Shown: in pieces, positions 58,271 to 64,000 of the stretch
How positions within the stretch are numbered: the first letter of the stretch is position 1
Layout of the letters: the number at the start of each line of letters is the position of its first letter
From: Acidobacteriota bacterium
GTDB taxonomy: Bacteria > Acidobacteriota > CAIWXX01
Assembly (NCBI GenBank): GCA_040755995.1
Contig: JBFMAF010000055.1
Location: forward strand, 32,001 to 96,000
Length of the DNA stretch: 64,000 nucleotides
Direction of reading: 5' to 3'
Notes under the pieces: model-generated
What the model was told of the DNA's origin: nothing
Seen by the model: only the letters and a program-made list of their open reading frames with translations
Databases searched by the model: none
Program-made: the position numbers and the translations under genes

Positions 58271-58408
58271 TGTGATCGAACTTGCCCGATCACTCCTCGC
58301 GCCGATAGTCCTGTGGAGGAAGGCAGGGGGCGCCCTTCAGCGCGCCTCTATGCGCGTTTCCCTGCGTCGTCTCGTATGTGCGACTCGGCTGCATGGCGAG
58401 CGGCCCTG

Positions 58409-59188
58409 TCAGCGTCCCAGGTCCATTGCCGCTCTGAGGCTGAACGGAACCTGCTGCGACTTGAGCCCCTGCCAGATGTCGAACTCGATTGCGGCTGTTT
58501 TCAGCACGGCCGGCACGTCGTAGGAGACCTGGGCTTCGCCTCCTGACTGGAACGTCATCGAGCGATGAGCCTCCAGATCGACGCCCTTGGCATCCAGGAA
58601 TCGCATGCCCTTGATGGTTGCCAAGATGGAGCTGGGCAGTGTCAGGGTCAGGCTCATGCTCTCGGCCTCGGCCGTCACCTCGCTCACGCTGATCGTCGTC
58701 TTCCCGAGCTTGAACGTAGCACCGTTCTCCAGCTTCACGTTCGTGACCTTCTGAGGCTTGGAACCCGTCGCCGATGTGAAGACGAGAACACCCTGGGCCG
58801 ACACGGATGTCGCCCCCGCCGCCGGCCGGCCTCGCGTGGTCACTTCCAACATTCCCACAGTCCCGTCCTTGGCGATCTTGGGGAACGGACCGAAGTCGAC
58901 CTCTTCCATGAGATTCGTGCCCTTGTCGTCGGTGACCGAAGTCAATGAGCATGCATCATCGTCGATCTCGACGATGCCCGCTTTCGGGGGCACCTTGAAG
59001 ACCAGCACGAGTGTCGTGCCGGCCTGAACGTCGAACGGTCTGAGCTCCGTCCCGTCCTCACCAAACCCGGGCCCCGTGATCCGCACTCCCGCGATTGAGA
59101 CCTGCACTCCGCCAGCCGCCTGCTGGGCAAGCGCGAACCTGCCGACAACGATCAGGCTGAGAAACACGAGAAGGACTCTCCTTGTCAT
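58409..59188 (-). CDS. Exported hypothetical protein (beta-rich)
   Basis: Signal peptide ending FALA; AAGGAG RBS; 259 aa. Confidence 0.7.
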   Translation of the reverse strand: MTRRVLLVFLSLIVVGRFALAQQAAGGVQVSIAGVRITGPGFGEDGTELRPFDVQAGTTLVLVFKVPPKAGIVEIDDDACSLTSVTDDKGTNLMEEVDFGPFPKIAKDGTVGMLEVTTRGRPAAGATSVSAQGVLVFTSATGSKPQKVTNVKLENGATFKLGKTTISVSEVTAEAESMSLTLTLPSSILATIKGMRFLDAKGVDLEAHRSMTFQSGGEAQVSYDVPAVLKTAAIEFDIWQGLKSQQVPFSLRAAMDLGR

Positions 59189-59405
59189 GGCGCTCCTTTC
59201 ATTCTGAAAATCCCGCCCCGAATCCTGGGTCGGAATCTATCGGGCCTCTCCGCAATAGTCAATGGCGGCCCCCGACCGATCAGCCGGTAGGAGGCGCTTC
59301 CGAGAACCGCGTTCGGATGATATCATGTGATCGGAAGCGGTTCGTAAGGGTGAGAACACACATTTGGAGAAAGGTGCGCGAGAACAATGGAGGGAAAGGA
59401 CATCC

Positions 59406-60011
59406 ATGACTAGGCGGTCGGCAACACACTTCCTCTGTGCGATGGCTTTCTTCTGGAGCGCCTGGGGCTGGGCTGAGGATCCGCCGGCTGCTCCTGGCGA
59501 GTCGGATGAAGAAAGAAAGGGCGCGTTCGAATCTCATGACCTCAACGCTGACGGGGTCCTGTCGAAGGAGGAGTACGCGGCTGCGCAAGGACGCGAGTTC
59601 GAGGTCGCCGACGCGAATGCCGACGGCCGGCTGTCGCTCGAAGAGTACCAGGCGATGGCCTTGGCGCAGCATGCGCGCGCAGACGCGGATCGTGACGGCG
59701 TCGTGACGATGGAGGAGCACCATGGACACCACCTTGGCGACGGCGACTACTCCGACCCGCCCCAGGCCGAGGGCGTCGCCGCAGCCGCGGACGGATCCCT
59801 CTCCACCCTCGACTATCACGTCTTCGTGGACTCCGTGATATTCAACACCGCCGACTCGGACCACGATTTCAAGCAGACGATGGACGAGGCCAAGTGGGCC
59901 GCCGAGCAGCGGTTCAGGCAGATGAACGCAGATCGCGACCCTTACGTGTCCCGCCAGGAGTACCTCATCTACGCCGTGGATCTCCCGTTCAAGCACCGCA
60001 CGCAGAAGTAG
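59406..60011 (+). CDS. Exported EF-hand domain protein
   Basis: DLNADGVLSKEE, DANADGRLSLEE, DADRDGVVTMEE and further degenerate loops. Confidence 0.85.
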   Translation: MTRRSATHFLCAMAFFWSAWGWAEDPPAAPGESDEERKGAFESHDLNADGVLSKEEYAAAQGREFEVADANADGRLSLEEYQAMALAQHARADADRDGVVTMEEHHGHHLGDGDYSDPPQAEGVAAAADGSLSTLDYHVFVDSVIFNTADSDHDFKQTMDEAKWAAEQRFRQMNADRDPYVSRQEYLIYAVDLPFKHRTQK

Positions 60012-60186
60012 GGCGCTCGCGAGTTCGGAGCGGCTCGCCACGATGGCTCGTGGTCGCGGAGTCCGGCGGCCGCGACCTGCACTTCACCAGGCCGCCGGAC
60101 GAAGCCCGTGCCTTGTGCGACGTGCGCAATGACGCGGTGACGGGGAACGCGGAAAGGCTCTTAGCAGCGTCTCCGCGTCACATTGT

Positions 60187-60216
60187 TTGACAGCCGCGAA
60201 TCGCGTGTGCTACGTT
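60187..60216 (+). promoter_or_regulatory. tRNA promoter
   Basis: TTGACA-18 bp-TACGTT with extended TG. Confidence 0.5.
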
Positions 60217-60227
60217 TGAATCTGGAT

Positions 60228-60304
60228 GCGCCCGTAGCTCAGTTGGATAGAGCGACTGACTACGAATCAGTAGGTCGGGAGTTCGAGCCTCTCCGGGCGC
60301 GCCA
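60228..60304 (+). tRNA. tRNA-Arg(ACG)
   Basis: GCGCCCG acceptor stem, anticodon arm ACTGA-CTACGAA-TCAGT, GTTCGA, encoded CCA. Confidence 0.97.
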
Positions 60305-60604
60305 TTTATCAAGTACTTAGACGTGATCTCGCAAGTGAGCAGCTCCCGTGTCACGCGGGCCCGGCTTGCGTGTCCTGCCACGATCGATGGCGCCGGGGCA
60401 GCCGCTGCGTTCCGCGTGATCGACTCTGCCGGTGTGCCTGTGCAGCTGGTGCCCACACCGTAACGCAAGGCCAGGAGCACGATCCTCGATCTGTACACAC
60501 CTGAGGCTGTGCTGCATCACCCTCGCGCCACGCGCTCCCTGCGCTATTCTGGGCTCCGCCCAGACCAGCGGCTTATCCGCGCTGCCGAAGGGCGGGACTG
60601 TTCT

Positions 60605-60898
60605 TCAGTCTACCGAAAACGACGGACGTTGCAGACGCCCTGAGAACGAAGCGTGTCGAAGCCTGCTCTCGAGCAGGTCGTCACTGCTGGCGAGTATGTG
60701 GGAGTACTTGCCGGCCAGGGCGTCGACGCGTGCGCACCACTCGACCTGCGATGGCTCTTCTTCGGTCGCCTCGGTAGCAGGGACGGCGAGGAAGCGATGC
60801 CCGTTCTCGAGTTCCACCCAGACCCGCTCGCCTCTTTCAACGCATTCAGCGCTCTCAGCGAGCTCCGGCGATGCTTCAACTCCGGCCATTCGTTTCAT
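60605..60898 (-). CDS. Phd/YefM-like antitoxin with no adjacent toxin, possibly degenerate
   Basis: MKRMAGVEASPELAESAECVERGERVWV pattern; GGAGG RBS. Confidence 0.45.
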   Translation of the reverse strand: MKRMAGVEASPELAESAECVERGERVWVELENGHRFLAVPATEATEEEPSQVEWCARVDALAGKYSHILASSDDLLESRLRHASFSGRLQRPSFSVD

Positions 60899-61088
60899 TC
60901 GGCGCCTCCGTTTGTTGCTGCCCTCAACTCTGCAGACAATATAGTCCCCCACGGAGATATGTCAACGGGCCTTGATGAATGAGAGCCTTCCTGACCGTCT
61001 TGTCGCGCGTCGCGCGGAGATGACTTCCGCGTCAGAGAACCGAATCCCGTGTTTCTTCAGATTGGCCGCTGCCTTCTAATCCCGCTTG

Positions 61089-61560
61089 TCAACGGCGTCG
61101 GCCGATGGGCACGACCTTTTTCTGAGTCCGTTCCTCGACAGCTTCTCGCATCTGGGTGATGTCCATCGGCGAGTAGTGACGCTCTGTCACCCGCACATCG
61201 GAATGACCGAGCAATCTCGAAGCCATCAGCAAGCCGGCCTGCTGCGTAATGTCGCGGCCGAAGGTCCTTCGCACATCGTGTATGCTGACGCCGGGAATCC
61301 GCGCGGCTCTCCTGAGCGTGTTCCAGTGGTTCTTTATGTCTTGCCTTGATCTTGACAAATCGCGTCCTGGCAGGATGAATGGGCTGTTCCGGGGAAGAGC
61401 CTTCAGGATCTCCAATGTGACCTGCGGGAGAGGTTTGACCTGTGGCAGCCCGCCTTTGGGGTTGGGGATTCGCCACTCCGCAGCCTGGAAGCCGATATCT
61501 TCCCGCACGACTCATCGCGGTGCTGCACCCTTTCACCAACAGAATTGAAAGGACACCGCG
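61089..61560 (-). pseudogene. Tyrosine recombinase/integrase C-terminal remnant
   Basis: HDVRRTF, LLGHSDVRVTERHY; N-terminal part degenerate or absent. Confidence 0.8.
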
Positions 61561-61797
61561 GAGGGAAATGGAGATCGCTCGGCGCCGAGGGATCGATTCC
61601 CTGGAATGGCTGGGACGATGAAACATCGAGACTTCGCAACTTCGCAAACTTTCGGTTGCATTCCCTGGCGGGACGGTAATAGAATTTCGGCCGGTGCCCG
61701 CGGGCATTCGACGCGGCTCCAGTGAGGTCCGGGCGGCCGATGGGATGGCAACACGAATTTCCCGGGCCCGGGGCGGAATCATGGGAATGCGGGGGAA

Positions 61798-62298
61798 ATG
61801 AAAAATTCTAGTCAGTCAACCTCAACCGGGGAACGGACTCACGACCATTTCATGAAGCTGGCCATCGAGGCGGCCAAGCGCGCTCGGCACCTCGGCGAGG
61901 TACCGATCGGCGCCGTGATCGAGTTTGAGGGCGAAGTGATCGGCACAGGATTCAACCAGCCGATTCGCGCGCTCGATCCAACCGCGCACGCCGAGATCGG
62001 GGCGCTTCGACAGGCGGCACGTGCGCTGGACAACTACCGCCTGACCGGCGCGAGTCTCTACGTCACGATCGAACCGTGTATCATGTGCCTCGGTGCTCTG
62101 CTGCACGCTCGCATCGGCACTCTCGTCTACGGCGCCGCCGATCCGAAGTGCGGTGCTATCGAGTCCGTGTTCAAGCTCGGCACCCACCGGCAGATCGCCA
62201 AGCAACTGACCGTGGTGAGGGGTGTACTGGAGGTGGATTGCCGCAAGCTGCTCCAGGAATTCTTCAAGTTCAAGCGCGAAGAAGACATCGAAACTTAG
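61798..62298 (+). CDS. tadA: tRNA adenosine(34) deaminase
   Basis: EVPIGAV, DPTAHAE, YVTIEPCIMC, LLQEFF. Confidence 0.93.
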   Translation: MKNSSQSTSTGERTHDHFMKLAIEAAKRARHLGEVPIGAVIEFEGEVIGTGFNQPIRALDPTAHAEIGALRQAARALDNYRLTGASLYVTIEPCIMCLGALLHARIGTLVYGAADPKCGAIESVFKLGTHRQIAKQLTVVRGVLEVDCRKLLQEFFKFKREEDIET

Positions 62299-62367
62299 GC
62301 ACCGGCGGCGCCCGCCAACCGGCTCGAACGCAATTGCGCTCGACCGGGGCTGAGGACATTCGAAGAG

Positions 62368-62460
<93 letters not shown>

Positions 62461-62620
62461 GGTCTAGTGAGCGCACGCAAACACAGGGCTGCAATTTGCG
62501 CCAAATCATATTAACACATTGAGACGCCGAACGATAGAGGATTTCTTTCGCTTGTTTCGTGGAGCCCTTGCTCGGTGGAGCCGGCAAAGGCGCCAGGGTG
62601 GCCGCAGCTCGGAAACGTCC

Positions 62621-62705
62621 GACGCGCGGAGACGCCGGGATGGGGAGACGCGGAGAACTGGATAGAGGCCTTTCACCGCGTCACGGTGTACACGCGCTAC
62701 CGCGC
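62621..62705. repeat. Octamer repeats in inverted arrangement
   Basis: gacgcgcggagacgccggga...gagacgcggaga, then tcaccgcgtcacggtgt. Confidence 0.55.
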
Positions 62706-62764
62706 ACGCTCCGCCTCGCAATGATCACAGTGGGCGGTTCAGCCTCACATCCGGATGCCGCCGT

Positions 62765-63637
62765 TCATGTCGGGGGCACGCTGGCGTGGTATGAGCTTCG
62801 CACGAGCGGGCCGGAGAGGACGTTGGTGAACCCTATCTTCTCTGCCACCCTCTTGAGCTCCCGGAACTCCTCGGGAGAGTAGTACCGCATGACAGGATGG
62901 AGCTTCCGCGACGGCTGGAGGTACTGCCCGACGGTCAAGCACCGGCAGCCCGCGCGGTGCAAGTCCTCGAACACCGCCACCAGCTCGCCCTCGGTCTCCC
63001 CCAGTCCGACCATGATGCCGCTCTTGGTGATCATCCCCGAGTCCAGATCCATTGCGATGCGCAGGACGTCGAGCGAGACCGCGTAGTCGGCGCCTGGACG
63101 AATCCCGCGGAAGAGCCGCGGGACGGTCTCGATGTTGTGGTTGAAGACATCGGGCCGCGCATCCACAACGCATTGCACGGACTCACGCCGTCCGCGGAAG
63201 TCCGGCACCAGAACTTCAATAGTGGTCCGAGGGCATGCCTGCCTGATCGCGCGTATCGTTCTGTTGAATGCCTCTGCGCCCCCGTCCGGCAGGTCGTCGC
63301 GGGTCACGCTGGTGACCACCGCGTGGGCAATGCCCATCTGGCTCACTGCGGCCGCGACGCGTGAGGGCTCGTCGAGATCGAGCCCCTTGGGGTGACCCTT
63401 CGCGACCGCGCAGTATCCGCAACGCCGTGTGCACGTGTTGCCGAGGATCAAGAACGTGGCCGTGCCGCTCCCCCAGCAGTCCCCGATATTGGGGCAGAGC
63501 GCGCTCTCGCAGACCGTGTGAAGCTCCGAGCCGCGCATCATCCGCTTCAATCCGAAGTAGGTCTCGCCGCTCGGAAGCCTCACTTTCAGCCAGTCGGGCC
63601 TGCCTGCGGGGCGCCGCGGGTCACGGGAATCCGGCAT
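62765..63637 (-). CDS. lipA: Lipoyl synthase
   Basis: CESALCPNIGDC (CX4CX5C), CTRRCGYC, GQYLQPS, RSSYHA. Confidence 0.97.
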   Translation of the reverse strand: MPDSRDPRRPAGRPDWLKVRLPSGETYFGLKRMMRGSELHTVCESALCPNIGDCWGSGTATFLILGNTCTRRCGYCAVAKGHPKGLDLDEPSRVAAAVSQMGIAHAVVTSVTRDDLPDGGAEAFNRTIRAIRQACPRTTIEVLVPDFRGRRESVQCVVDARPDVFNHNIETVPRLFRGIRPGADYAVSLDVLRIAMDLDSGMITKSGIMVGLGETEGELVAVFEDLHRAGCRCLTVGQYLQPSRKLHPVMRYYSPEEFRELKRVAEKIGFTNVLSGPLVRSSYHASVPPT

Positions 63638-63691
63638 TCCATCCTCTCAGATCCGGGCCGAGCGATTGTCTACCGCTGGTCGGGGCGGCAG

Positions 63692-64000
63692 CTACTTGAA
63701 AAGCTCCAGCACCTCATCCAGCTCCGACATCTTTTTCTGCGCCGATTCGATGTTGCTCTCCATCTGCGCGATCTGCCGCTTCGTGTCTTCAATGGCCTTG
63801 CGATTAGCTTCGATCTCGGTCTGTATCGAGCTCCTGGCGATGTCCGTCCTCATCAGGATGTCCTCGACCGAGACTCCCATCGCCCCCATCGTCTTGCGCA
63901 CGATCGCAGCGCCGGTCTTCTTGTTCACCTCCGGCGGCAGATCGCGGATCAGCCCGATGAGGGTGGCGAGCTGTGGGATCTGCCCGACGATCGAGTCGCC
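63692..64000 (-). CDS. Hypothetical coiled-coil protein; 5' end outside window
   Basis: Frame open to the window end (GDSIVGQIPQLATLIGLIRDLPPEVNK...), heptad-like C-terminus. Confidence 0.65.
   Translation of the reverse strand, partial: GDSIVGQIPQLATLIGLIRDLPPEVNKKTGAAIVRKTMGAMGVSVEDILMRTDIARSSIQTEIEANRKAIEDTKRQIAQMESNIESAQKKMSELDEVLELFK

Noticed and set aside
60305..61797. Intact prophage or ICE with att duplication
   Set aside because: The integrase is only a fragment, there are no phage genes, and I found no clear copy of the tRNA 3' end

Overview
GC-rich bacterial chromosomal segment from a diderm. The VWA, ankyrin, Uma2 and four-helix-bundle content suggests an Acidobacteriota-like or Myxococcota-like lineage; this is inference only. 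It holds about 45 CDSs, 2 tRNAs (Arg-ACG, Ser-GCT) and no CRISPR array or rRNA. Main blocks: (1) a thiolase plus 3-hydroxyacyl-CoA dehydrogenase/enoyl-CoA hydratase operon, divergent from an orphan PAS kinase; (2) envelope-modification genes, SulP and STAS; (3) a ThDP enzyme followed by an exported acetolactate-decarboxylase-like protein; (4) a ~14 kb alpha-glucan/maltodextrin locus with two GH13 enzymes, MalK/E/F/G-like ABC genes, a free DOMON-like protein and a DOMON-like domain fused to a predicted outer-membrane beta-barrel; (5) a TolC-MFP-RND efflux operon with DUF47; (6) gltS and M48/M3 peptidases; (7) tRNA-Arg, an integrase remnant, tadA, tRNA-Ser and lipA. Intergenic spaces carry several decayed genes (two internally deleted PIN toxins, Uma2, MacB-like, phosphoesterase and integrase fragments) and three families of short degenerate tandem repeats (6, 7 and 8 bp). 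The best candidate for an undescribed system is the maltodextrin uptake locus, which has no LamB or SusC. All family calls come from motif recognition by eye; no searches were run.
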